Below are positions 45,031-54,361 of a stretch of 64,000 nt of DNA, piece by piece. The stretch is taken from IMG/VR virus record IMGVR_UViG_3300030430_005376, positions 64,001-128,000 of that record; one strand, written 5' to 3'. The first letter of the stretch is position 1; each line of letters opens with the position of its first letter. The notes under the pieces were generated by a model that ran no database searches, was not told the origin of the DNA, and saw only the letters and a list, made by a program, of their open reading frames with translations. This stretch comes from a virus. Position numbers and translations under genes: made by a program.

Positions 45031-48000
45031 GTGAATCTACGCCTGTTTTAGTAATTTCTATTGTATTGTCAACAATGTCTTTGATTGCGTCAATATGGGA
45101 TATAATGATGATGTTTTTAAACCACTTTTTAAGTGACTGTAATAGTCTACCGCAAGCTTCTAGATTTGTTTCATCTAGAGATCCAAACCCTTCGTCAATT
45201 ATCAACATAGAAGATTTAGGCAAAGAAGAAACGTTAATAAGCGCTACTCTAATTGCTAAAGAAGAGATCATTTTTTCCATGCCTGACGCTAACTCAATGA
45301 TTCTCTTTGAATCACCATAGTCAATAAACACGTCCATGGCGTTTGACTCAAGATCAGCTTCTAAGACAACTGTGAATGGTACGACTCCCTTTAAAATTTT
45401 TGCAATCTCTCTGTTGATTTTAGGCAACAAAGAATTGATTATTTGAACCGGAATACCCCGCTTAGAAGTTGCTTGTATGAACAAGTCTTGAACTTTTAGT
45501 TGTGTGTTTAAAGTGTCAAACTTTTCTTTTGATTTCTCTGACTGCTCTATTGAAAGCCTCGCACCTTCGACTATTTTAATTTTGCTAATTCTTTTTTCGT
45601 CATTTTCTTTTAGAGATCTCTTTTTTGAGTCTAAAAGACGTGCTACACCAGAAGTGTCGCTGTCTTTATCTTGCCCTTCGTACTTTTGCTTAAGATCGCT
45701 GTACTCTCTTTCTAATTTCAAGAGATCGTTTTTGTGATTGGAAATATCATTGTTTAAAGATTGTATTTCAACTCGATTCTCTGAAATGCTGGAAATTAGT
45801 TTTGACTTTTTTTGGATGATGGCGTTATACTTTTCTATTTTCTCACTGTACTTTTCTTTCTCTATTTTTCGCCAAGAAGATTTTAAGTCAGATACATTTG
45901 TACTAAGCTGATTTACTTTTTCTCTCTTAGATTCGATCCTAGCCTTATCCTTGTGAGAATCTTTTATAAATTTGCAAGTAGGGAACTCATCGCCGCAGGG
46001 TACCTCTAAGAGCTTCTTTATTGACTTTTCCATGGCATTGAGCTCAGTATTTTCTGCCTTTAGGTGTCCCTCAAGCTTCCATAAGGTTTGCACTAGTTCT
46101 TTTGCAGCATCATTTTTAAGCTTTACTTCCTCTATGTCAAAAGAATCTACAAAGTCTTCGATTTTTTTAATTTTTGTTTCTGACTCAAAAATTGCATCTT
46201 TAAGAATATCTAGGCTTTCTTGCTCATCATCAATTTTCTCTCTTACAGAGTTAACTTTTCTTTCTGCACTTTCAAGATCAGTCATTGTTACAAAATTAGA
46301 GCCTGACTTTTCAAGAACTTCTTTAGTTAGTCTTTCAACATCTTTTTGCAAGTCTTCTCTTTCTTCATTAATCTTGTCTAGAAGATTCTGACTAGTGTTC
46401 ATTTTTCTTTTTAGATCACTTATTTTTTTGTTCCAGCTAGTTTCTGGGGCAAACCTTTTTAATTCTGCCCTGAGTTCTGCAGTTTGTTTTTTAGCGTGAT
46501 CGTTCATTAATTCAAAGACACTCATGTCTAGAAAGCTAGAAAGAATATTTTTTCTTGCTGTCGCTTTTTCTTTGATAAAGACATTCATCTCACCTTGTGA
46601 TGCAAGACCTGTCATTTGAAATTCTTCAGAAGTACCAATCATAGATCTCAATATCTTTTCTGATTCTCTGCGCTGCTCTTCTGTTTTATCCTCAACTATG
46701 TTTCCTGCGTCATCAATTCTGTAAATGCTTAGATTAGTAGGTGCCCACACATTGTTTTTTGTGACTTTCTTTTTTGTTTCTCTTACTATTCTAAAAAGCG
46801 TTCCGTTTACAGATATGTCTATTTCTGTTCTACAGAAATTTTTTCTAGAGTTAATGATGTGAATATTTTTTATAGCGCCTCTATCAGAAGAATTGAAAAG
46901 ACCGTATGCTATGGTGCCGATTATTGAAGATTTTCCTCGAGCATTTTTTCCAAATATACCTGTAATACCTGGAAGTTTATCTAGATTTATTTCATTGTCT
47001 TCACCGTAACAAAAAGTGTTATCAAACTTTATTTTATTGACACCCCACTTAATGTTTCTCAAGTCAACATTTTCTTGAGTAACTTCTGATAAGTAAGCTG
47101 AAGTCGTATTGTCAAGCTCGCACCACTCTTCTTCTAAAATATTGCTTCCAGCATAATACTGACGCATCAATTCTTTTAGTACTTTAGGGTCTCTCAAGTT
47201 CAAAGTTGTGACTTCATTTTCTTTAATCATGTCAGAAGAAAATGAATTGTCTATCTTAAAGACTACCTCTGTAGCATTTTTTGATTTTTTAAGAGCTTTT
47301 TGAAGAGATTTTGTTTGTGCTGGCGTGATGTAGTCATTGACAGCACTTATTCTAAATCTTGACATTCTTGGGTGTGCTGAACATGCTCTGACAGTTTTCT
47401 CAACATCGCCTTTCCACTCAACAGTCACAAACTTGTAATCGTTCTTTACAGGATAAAATTCTACATCAAAATCGTCTTTGGATCTTATGTCCCACACTAA
47501 AAATCCTTTTTCTTCATCTTCTCCGTAGTTTTGTTGAATGGTGCTGCCGCAGTAAGCGACTGTAGATTTTTGATTTAAAAACTGTCTTTTGTGTATATCA
47601 CCTAACAAACCAAAGTCAAATGCATCAAAAAAGCTGACAGGGACTTCTCCATCAAGAACCCAGTCAATGTCTGTTAAGGATCCTGTTACTGCTCCATGAT
47701 ACAGAGCTATAGATACATTTTTTCCTGGTTTGACTTTGCTCCAGTTTTCTTCATCGAAACAAGAAAAGACACACCAGTCAAAACCTGGTATGCCTGTCGG
47801 ATAAACACCTGAATCTTTGTACAGAAATATCCTATCGTTATTTATTGCTTCAATAATAGGGGTAACTGCGTCCTGCCTATCTTTATTATGAATAAGTCCG
47901 TCGTGATTTCCAAGAATAACATGAGTAGGCGCAATCGATGCCATTTCATTAAACCACCACACTAAGTTTTCTACTAGTTCTGGTGATATACCTTGGGTCT

Positions 48001-48145
48001 TTGAATGTACAATGTCTCCACCGACGTATATGACATCAGGTTTAATTTTTTTTGCTTGCTTAAAAAGGTCTTTAAAAGCTAAAACATATTCTTGATGTCT
48101 GGATAAGCCTCGCCAGTGAACATCAGCGATATGAAGTATTTTCAT
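45014..48145 (-). CDS. Fused SbcD-SbcC (Mre11-Rad50; T4 gp47-gp46) recombination nuclease-ATPase
   Basis: N-terminal metallophosphoesterase (IADVH, GGDIVH, LGNHD, GDIH), then Walker A GKNARGKSS, coiled coil with CGDEFPTC hook, LASGMEK signature, Walker B LIIDEGFGSLD and H-loop IISH in one frame. Confidence 0.93.
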   Translation of the reverse strand: MKILHIADVHWRGLSRHQEYVLAFKDLFKQAKKIKPDVIYVGGDIVHSKTQGISPELVENLVWWFNEMASIAPTHVILGNHDGLIHNKDRQDAVTPIIEAINNDRIFLYKDSGVYPTGIPGFDWCVFSCFDEENWSKVKPGKNVSIALYHGAVTGSLTDIDWVLDGEVPVSFFDAFDFGLLGDIHKRQFLNQKSTVAYCGSTIQQNYGEDEEKGFLVWDIRSKDDFDVEFYPVKNDYKFVTVEWKGDVEKTVRACSAHPRMSRFRISAVNDYITPAQTKSLQKALKKSKNATEVVFKIDNSFSSDMIKENEVTTLNLRDPKVLKELMRQYYAGSNILEEEWCELDNTTSAYLSEVTQENVDLRNIKWGVNKIKFDNTFCYGEDNEINLDKLPGITGIFGKNARGKSSIIGTIAYGLFNSSDRGAIKNIHIINSRKNFCRTEIDISVNGTLFRIVRETKKKVTKNNVWAPTNLSIYRIDDAGNIVEDKTEEQRRESEKILRSMIGTSEEFQMTGLASQGEMNVFIKEKATARKNILSSFLDMSVFELMNDHAKKQTAELRAELKRFAPETSWNKKISDLKRKMNTSQNLLDKINEEREDLQKDVERLTKEVLEKSGSNFVTMTDLESAERKVNSVREKIDDEQESLDILKDAIFESETKIKKIEDFVDSFDIEEVKLKNDAAKELVQTLWKLEGHLKAENTELNAMEKSIKKLLEVPCGDEFPTCKFIKDSHKDKARIESKREKVNQLSTNVSDLKSSWRKIEKEKYSEKIEKYNAIIQKKSKLISSISENRVEIQSLNNDISNHKNDLLKLEREYSDLKQKYEGQDKDSDTSGVARLLDSKKRSLKENDEKRISKIKIVEGARLSIEQSEKSKEKFDTLNTQLKVQDLFIQATSKRGIPVQIINSLLPKINREIAKILKGVVPFTVVLEADLESNAMDVFIDYGDSKRIIELASGMEKMISSLAIRVALINVSSLPKSSMLIIDEGFGSLDETNLEACGRLLQSLKKWFKNIIIISHIDAIKDIVDNTIEITKTGVDSHVKNV

Positions 48146-49389
48146 GAATATCCCTTGTTCATTTTAATCACATAATCTTTACGATCAGGAGTAAATTGCA
48201 GTGATCCATTTGGACATATTACCCAGCATCTCTTAGATGTACAAGACTTAGGCTTGGGAGCGTAACCGTCAGTCATGATAATGCATCCGTCAAAATCTTT
48301 CTTGACTTTTCTAAAGTGATCTTCAACAGCATCAAAGCAGGTACCACCTGTAAGTGATCTTCTAAAATCCGCAGTTTTTCCTTTTTTCCAAACTGTTTTA
48401 GAATCATCCTCAACTCTAGAGTCAAAATAGTAAAAGGTGAATGTGTGTGTCTTAGAAAGCTCTGCTAACCAACCTTGAAACATTGTCAGCGCTGTGCCGC
48501 CAACAGAGCCGCTTTGGTCTATGTACACAGCGAGGCTAGATGTCTTCTTGGACTTTTTACCAGCGTGAATGTAAGGATACTTTCTGTTAATTTTGCGCTG
48601 AGTCTTAAAATACCCGCTTCTCATTTTCATTCCACAGAAGTATTTAATCGCTCGCTTGGGGTCATATTCAGCCTGAGTTGCTTTTTCTATTTCTTGCCGT
48701 GTCGAGTGTGACACAGATCCCCAGCCTCTGTTATTTGCAACTTCTTTTGCATTCTTGAGGATAGTTTTTACTTGTTGTTCTGCAAGAGCTTGCTCAGATT
48801 CGGAAAGCTCGGATTCGTCGTGTTCATCTAAGATTGCAACTACTTTGTTACCGTAAAGGTCTTCGATAATGTCTTTAATCTCTTTGTTTTCTTGAATTCT
48901 TTCCATATACCACTCAGATGATTTCTTCGGAGGCATACTTTCAATGAAATTACTAAACTTTTCAATAGACTTCACTCTATCTTCTGTTAACTTTTCTTTG
49001 TCTTCTACAGTTAGTGTGTTTTTTCTTCCTGGAATAAGGCCACACTCAGGCAATTCATCGAGTGGAATATCACTGTTGATTGCAAGATCTGTTGCGATAT
49101 TCCAATCTAGGTGAGGCTTTTGCTTTCTTGAAGTCACGTGCTTCCTGATAAGATGGTAGCATTCGTGCTTTAAAAGTCCAAACTTCTTTTTTGTGCTTAG
49201 AGAATGCATGAACTTAGGGTTCCAGTAAAGTGTCATTGTGCCTTTTTCGTAGTTGACACCAGCAGTAGGTAAATCTTCAGACCTAACTTTACGCATAGCC
49301 CTAATAATCGTAGCAAAGAAGGGCTCGTCAAGTAGAAACTTTAAAAGAACACTATCGAAAGATTTTTGTGAAAGCTCTTCCATGATCAT
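48142..49389 (-). CDS. DUF2201-type metallopeptidase + VWA domain protein
   Basis: LLKHECYHL (HExxH), NIATDLAIN, MIDAS YIDQSGS, GGTCF, IMTDGY. Confidence 0.85.
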   Translation of the reverse strand: MIMEELSQKSFDSVLLKFLLDEPFFATIIRAMRKVRSEDLPTAGVNYEKGTMTLYWNPKFMHSLSTKKKFGLLKHECYHLIRKHVTSRKQKPHLDWNIATDLAINSDIPLDELPECGLIPGRKNTLTVEDKEKLTEDRVKSIEKFSNFIESMPPKKSSEWYMERIQENKEIKDIIEDLYGNKVVAILDEHDESELSESEQALAEQQVKTILKNAKEVANNRGWGSVSHSTRQEIEKATQAEYDPKRAIKYFCGMKMRSGYFKTQRKINRKYPYIHAGKKSKKTSSLAVYIDQSGSVGGTALTMFQGWLAELSKTHTFTFYYFDSRVEDDSKTVWKKGKTADFRRSLTGGTCFDAVEDHFRKVKKDFDGCIIMTDGYAPKPKSCTSKRCWVICPNGSLQFTPDRKDYVIKMNKGYS

Positions 49390-50441
49390 ACTCCAATTGC
49401 TGATCGTGTGGCCTCTAGAACTCTTGTCTTTAAGACTTTATGAATTGTTTTGATATTATGCTTATTTTTAGTAGCCAAAATATTCTGCATAAAATCAACT
49501 ACAACTTCATCTGACATGTGCTTCATAAACTTTTCAATGTTTAAAGCTTGACTAACATTGACTTCTGCTTCTTTCAAATAAAGAATAACTTGATCAACCG
49601 CTTCGTTTTTCTTGTCTGAAGGGAGCTCAGCAATGTCTGCCTCTACTTCTTCAAAGTTGTTTAGAATTTCATCTGCCCCAATCTTTAGACGGTAGTTTCT
49701 CACATAATCAAGAAATGCTGCCGTTGTAGCGCTGCCAACAAAACCAGCACAAAAGTAAAAAGCATTATCAGGTGTATCTTTGCCAGCGAAAGAAGAAGGC
49801 TTCAAGCCTGCGTGAGCTAAAGACGCGTTAAGTCGATCCCAAGAAGCTGGATAAGGGTAGACCTCACCTGGCGTCCTTTGCCCTTCGTGCATCAAGTGAG
49901 CCGGATATTTCTTGATAAACTTTTTAATCATGGGGTCAATATTGTTTTTATCAGCCCAAGATAACCAAGGCTTTGCACCAACAGAAAGTTCTGTTACCCA
50001 GAACCTTCTAGTCAATGCTGGGTCCATTTCATTTACGTCAAAGTCATTACCTTCGTTAATTGCCATAAAGATTCTGGTTTCTGGATGAAGCTTGTGACCA
50101 TTAAGCTCTCTATCAAGAACGATCTGAAATGCAATTTGTTGAACTTCGTTTGTAGCTCTGTTTCCTTCGTCTAAGAAAAGCAAGTGAGGTTTGTGACAAG
50201 CAGATAAAAATCGTGCATTTGGAGCAAAGCGTGTTGTACCATCGACGAGCTCTGGAAGTCCTAAAATATCGCCTTCGCTAAAAGTGCTAAGCCTCCAGTC
50301 TAGCACTGGCAAATCTAGCATCTCGCCAATCTGCTTTACCACATCAGATTTTCCAATACCTGTATCACCTTTGACAAGGACCGATATGTTGGCGGGTAGA
50401 TTAGTAGTTACTTCAATAAATTTGTTAATGTTCATTTGCAT
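49386..50441 (-). CDS. MoxR-like AAA+ ATPase
   Basis: Walker A GDTGIGKS, Walker B LLFLDEGNRA, MDPALTRRF. Confidence 0.9.
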   Translation of the reverse strand: MQMNINKFIEVTTNLPANISVLVKGDTGIGKSDVVKQIGEMLDLPVLDWRLSTFSEGDILGLPELVDGTTRFAPNARFLSACHKPHLLFLDEGNRATNEVQQIAFQIVLDRELNGHKLHPETRIFMAINEGNDFDVNEMDPALTRRFWVTELSVGAKPWLSWADKNNIDPMIKKFIKKYPAHLMHEGQRTPGEVYPYPASWDRLNASLAHAGLKPSSFAGKDTPDNAFYFCAGFVGSATTAAFLDYVRNYRLKIGADEILNNFEEVEADIAELPSDKKNEAVDQVILYLKEAEVNVSQALNIEKFMKHMSDEVVVDFMQNILATKNKHNIKTIHKVLKTRVLEATRSAIGV

Positions 50442-50467
50442 GTGTTTGTTTTCCTCTTTACTTTTAT

Positions 50468-50496
50468 ATTTTAAACTTTTTTATTTGCAAATGCAC
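50468..50496 (-). promoter_or_regulatory. Sigma70-like promoter GTGCAT-N17-TAAAAT
   Basis: 17-nt spacer; upstream of the AAA-VWA-SbcDC run. Confidence 0.45.
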
Positions 50497-50937
50497 TCAT
50501 AATTTTTCAATAACTTCAATAGGCTTAATTTCAATTCTGCCTACCGAGGACAAGAGTGTCACAACACCAGAGTTCTTAGCCTGTTCCCTTGTCGCACACT
50601 CATTTGGGACCCACATTGACACAATCAAACCCATCTCTTCTGATCCTTTGTAATTAAAGCTAACCGTGTCGCCTGCCTCAAAAGAAAATATTGCTTGACT
50701 TTTTTGTGTACTAGAAAAATCTTCTTTTATATTTTTGAGGTTTTGTCTAGCTATTTTTTTCAACTCTTTTGGTGTATGTCCAGTTTCACTTATTTTTGAC
50801 TCTTTGCCAGCTATTTTTGCTTTTCTTATTTCTTGAGCTCTGTTGGGAATTCCGTCAGGCTCAGACAAAGCTCGTTCTTCCTTGTAGCTCTTTCTTATTT
50901 TTCTTAAATCAGAAGCTGATATTTTCCTTTTTGCCAT
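50497..50937 (-). CDS. Hypothetical protein (basic N-terminus, SH3/KOW-like C-terminus)
   Basis: FEAGDTVSF.YKGSEEMGLIVS; GAGG SD. Confidence 0.65.
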   Translation of the reverse strand: MAKRKISASDLRKIRKSYKEERALSEPDGIPNRAQEIRKAKIAGKESKISETGHTPKELKKIARQNLKNIKEDFSSTQKSQAIFSFEAGDTVSFNYKGSEEMGLIVSMWVPNECATREQAKNSGVVTLLSSVGRIEIKPIEVIEKL

Positions 50938-50954
50938 AAATTACCTCTTTTATT

Positions 50955-50983
50955 ATTATAGCAAGAAGATTTTTTAATTACAC
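50955..50983 (-). promoter_or_regulatory. Sigma70-like promoter GTGTAA-N17-TATAAT (extended -10 TG)
   Basis: Consensus -10, TGn extension, 17-nt spacer. Confidence 0.65.
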
Positions 50984-50984
50984 A

Positions 50985-52235
50985 CTACAAAATTAGCTTT
51001 TCTATCTTGTTTTCATGATAAAAATTTTCTAACATATAATCTAATTCATCCATGATTATTTGATTTGCTATGTCAAAGTTAAAATTTGTTTCTTTTAAGA
51101 AGACAAGATTAGTTATCTTTTTATTGCCTTTTTCAAAAGGCGCTAACCAACTCATAGTTGCTAATTTAAGAAAAGGCTTGTCACGAATATCGCAGACTTT
51201 CGGTGCATACTCAACTATTTTGTTGGCAGGCGCATAAGATACACCTGACAATGTTGATCTGTGATCGCTTCTTATTTTTGAGTGCGACTCAAGAATCTTA
51301 TTCAATCTAGCGAAGTCTGAGAAAGATTCTTGCTTGACAAAGAATATGTGTGTCATTCCTTCTAGAAGTCTTTTGATTTCAACTTCTTTTGTGCAATATT
51401 CTATCGGGTATCCTTCAATGAATGACTCGCTAGCACTTTTACATTCTGCTATCGAAATACCTGTACATTCTTTCAAGAATGATGCCATGTCTTCAGTAAA
51501 AAAGTTTATTGCTTGTGTCTTCTTGAAAGATGACCTAGATTTAAGTGCTCGCTTTCTTAAAAATTTAACAAAAATCTTTTGATTTTGCCTACTAATGCAG
51601 TTTTCATTTAAGCTGCTCTCTTTCAGCAAAAAATTTGCTGCTTGTTCCCCTAAAAATCTTCCGGCTGATATATCTGACGGGAAGTGCACACCGTTTTCTA
51701 TTCTTGATTGCGCAATCATTTCTGCTATTGTTTGAAGCTGCATAGCTTTTTCAGGAAAAAGGTCAGAAAGATAGTTGCTTATCAAATAAGCAAAAGCTGT
51801 GTGACCACTTGGATAAGATGGTGAACCGGCTTCTGCAGTTTCAATATCTTCTCCCCTGTCTTTAAAATACTCAAAAGGGCGAGGTCTATCATATTTGAAT
51901 TTCTGTCTAAGCATAATGCTGTCAAACTCTTTTAGCATGTCATCAATACTTGACCAGTCAAATTCTTCCTTTCCTAAAAATTTTTTAAATATATCTTCAG
52001 CGTCTCGGTCAGATAGTTCTAAAAATTTTTCTGAAAGAGAAGGATCTTTTACACAGCGTCTGACTTCGTCTAAGTCTTCTTCAAACTTTTCTGTGCCAAG
52101 TTCAGGGTAAGGCATCTCAGGAATTGTTGCCTCAAAACCTTCAAAGATTTTACATTTTCTAGTCAGCCTTTTTTTGTATTTTTTAGGTACACTAGTAATG
52201 TCGACATCTTCAAAAAGACGTTGAAGCGAAATCAT
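50985..52235 (-). CDS. PAP2-family phosphatase/haloperoxidase fused to a degenerate Fic-like domain
   Basis: KFKYDRPRP, PSYPSGH, SRIENGVHFPSD (all three PAP2 motifs); C-terminal WLAPFEKGNKK resembles Fic HPFxDGNGR without the His. Confidence 0.8.
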   Translation of the reverse strand: MISLQRLFEDVDITSVPKKYKKRLTRKCKIFEGFEATIPEMPYPELGTEKFEEDLDEVRRCVKDPSLSEKFLELSDRDAEDIFKKFLGKEEFDWSSIDDMLKEFDSIMLRQKFKYDRPRPFEYFKDRGEDIETAEAGSPSYPSGHTAFAYLISNYLSDLFPEKAMQLQTIAEMIAQSRIENGVHFPSDISAGRFLGEQAANFLLKESSLNENCISRQNQKIFVKFLRKRALKSRSSFKKTQAINFFTEDMASFLKECTGISIAECKSASESFIEGYPIEYCTKEVEIKRLLEGMTHIFFVKQESFSDFARLNKILESHSKIRSDHRSTLSGVSYAPANKIVEYAPKVCDIRDKPFLKLATMSWLAPFEKGNKKITNLVFLKETNFNFDIANQIIMDELDYMLENFYHENKIEKLIL

Positions 52236-52249
52236 AATTTCCTCTTAGT

Positions 52250-52816
52250 TTATTCTTGCTCGTGCATGTAGTCTAATTTGTGATAAACTTCACCAATATC
52301 ATCTGCAGCTTGTGAAATGTGACTTCTCATCCAGTCGTCAAGGTCATGATCTTCTGGTATCATGTGCTGAAGTTTTTGAGCGTACTGGGCGATTTTGTGA
52401 AGTTGAGACTTTGCCATATATGCACCTGACTTGTGACCTTCTTCTTCGTCTTCTAAAGAAAATGTGCCGACTATAGATTCGGCGCTAGGATACATTAGCA
52501 TAGGTTCGTAGTCTGAATAACTTGAAGGGGGTGAATCTCCACATCCACAGCCGCCTTCCATCATCAGAGGTCCGCCGCAAGAAGAGCAAGTTAATTTCAT
52601 TACATGCTTGCTCACGCTAGGAGGTAGGGGATAATCTTCGTCATCACTGGGGCAGTCACAAGGGTCATGCTGGTGAACTGAGCATGGAGTAGATCGAGCA
52701 CTAACGCTTCGGTCTCGCTTAAAACTATCGGGCACGTCTGCTGGGTTTACGAGCAAATCTTCTTTTACTCTTGATATTTCTTGTTGGATAATTTTTCTTA
52801 AGCTTTCTCTTTTCAT
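52250..52816 (-). CDS. Hypothetical protein with Cys clusters and helical C-terminal domain
   Basis: MKRESLRKIIQQEI leader; CSVHQHDPCDC and CSSC...CGC; YMAKSQL...DDWMRSHI. Confidence 0.7.
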   Translation of the reverse strand: MKRESLRKIIQQEISRVKEDLLVNPADVPDSFKRDRSVSARSTPCSVHQHDPCDCPSDDEDYPLPPSVSKHVMKLTCSSCGGPLMMEGGCGCGDSPPSSYSDYEPMLMYPSAESIVGTFSLEDEEEGHKSGAYMAKSQLHKIAQYAQKLQHMIPEDHDLDDWMRSHISQAADDIGEVYHKLDYMHEQE

Positions 52817-52828
52817 GTCAACATGTCC

Positions 52829-53788
52829 TTAATACATGGAACCAGATTTAATTCCGCTTATTAAATATCTCATTCTTTCCATATTGTCAAAAGGTTTGGC
52901 ATTCAAAATGCAATTTTGTGCTTCTTTTTTGGTCATGTCTCCTAAATCTTTCTGGATATTAGAAACGTAACTTACGTTTATTCCGTAGTTTATTAGCCTC
53001 TTTGCTATTTTCATTTGTTTTTCTTGAACATCAGGATCAAGAGCCAAAACAACACTAGCGTTGGACTCGATAATTTTCCTAAACAATTTGTATTTTTCAT
53101 CAATCCAACTACCAAGAATTGGAACAGAATTACTACCTGCTTTTAATGAATCAAATATTCCTTCAACAATTATGACCGGTCTGTCCCATTCTATGATGTG
53201 TTCATTAAAAATAATATCTCTTTTAGAAGCCTTGCAATTTTTGTACTGTTGATACTTTGTTTTCTCGCACACACGAGTCAAGTAAAAGTTTAAATTCAAG
53301 TTTTCGTCAAACGAAGGAAATATGACTCTGTTTTCAAAACCTGGTTCAAAACTAAAACCAGCCTTGAATCGAAATAAGTCGTCTTCGTTAAACCCGCGTT
53401 TAAAAAGATAGTCTTTTATAAAATTAGATTGTTTAGATCTGCTCGTTGCAAGCAATTTAAAATCATCAGGTAGTTTTAGAGAAATTTCTTGTTGTAATAC
53501 TTCTTCCCTAAAACCTCCAAAATATTCTTTGAATCTATCTATCTGTTTATTGTTGGGGTAGTTAACCTGCACAAAACGTGCAATATTTTTGCCTTTGGTT
53601 TCGCAAACCCAACAGTGATACACGCCTGTTTCAATGCAAATCGAAAGCTTCTTTTTTTTCTTAACTTTTGGCGACTTTAAGCAAACAGGACAATGGACAG
53701 CAACGTCTTTTCCGTTGCTTGACACAATACCTTCACCAAAAGCAGAACTTAAAAGTTCTCTTTTTTGTTTTAAAGTTATAATGCTCAC
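52829..53788 (-). CDS. DNA primase (Zn-finger + TOPRIM, DnaG/gp61-like)
   Basis: CPVC...YHCWVC, RVIFPS, IIVEGIFD, LALDPD. Confidence 0.9.
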   Translation of the reverse strand: MSIITLKQKRELLSSAFGEGIVSSNGKDVAVHCPVCLKSPKVKKKKKLSICIETGVYHCWVCETKGKNIARFVQVNYPNNKQIDRFKEYFGGFREEVLQQEISLKLPDDFKLLATSRSKQSNFIKDYLFKRGFNEDDLFRFKAGFSFEPGFENRVIFPSFDENLNLNFYLTRVCEKTKYQQYKNCKASKRDIIFNEHIIEWDRPVIIVEGIFDSLKAGSNSVPILGSWIDEKYKLFRKIIESNASVVLALDPDVQEKQMKIAKRLINYGINVSYVSNIQKDLGDMTKKEAQNCILNAKPFDNMERMRYLISGIKSGSMY

Positions 53789-53797
53789 ATTTAGATA

Positions 53798-54361
53798 TTA
53801 TGAAGCTTTTTTACTTTTTTCAATCCAAGCAGCTTTTGCTATGACAAAAGCGTCAGCCATATCGTAAGAAACCTTGTTAGTCACTTCTTGCCCTTTGCGT
53901 GGGCCTGACTTGAGTATTTTAGTTGGAAATTCGAAAATATCACCTACGCGTTCTTTTACCTGTCTCAAGACTTGTTCTTTTGTAGGCTCTGCAGTTTTCT
54001 TTTTGGATAAAACGATAATGTTGTTTGCTTTTCGAGCGTTATTAACATTTATGGGCGACGCCTCTATGTCTAAGTCATTATAACATATCCACTGTATGAT
54101 GCCATTAAACTTTGCTAATTTAAATAAAGTTCCAGACGAAGATCTTCCGCGAGCAAAACTCGTCAAATAATCTTCCACAGAAATATTATCGATAGGATAT
54201 TTGATTATTAGACCTAGAATGTGATTCTTTACTTTTTTAGCTTTTTCAAAAAAGTTCTTCTCTTTTGTCAATTCAACATAAGAAAAGTGAACAGGTGTGC
54301 CTGAGTCGTTCACAACACAGAAACCTGTGCAGCTAGTAGATATGTCAATACCTAAAATCAT
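53798..54361 (-). CDS. RuvC-like Holliday junction resolvase
   Basis: ILGIDISTSCTG, ISVED, DMADA acidic tetrad. Confidence 0.85.
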   Translation of the reverse strand: MILGIDISTSCTGFCVVNDSGTPVHFSYVELTKEKNFFEKAKKVKNHILGLIIKYPIDNISVEDYLTSFARGRSSSGTLFKLAKFNGIIQWICYNDLDIEASPINVNNARKANNIIVLSKKKTAEPTKEQVLRQVKERVGDIFEFPTKILKSGPRKGQEVTNKVSYDMADAFVIAKAAWIEKSKKAS

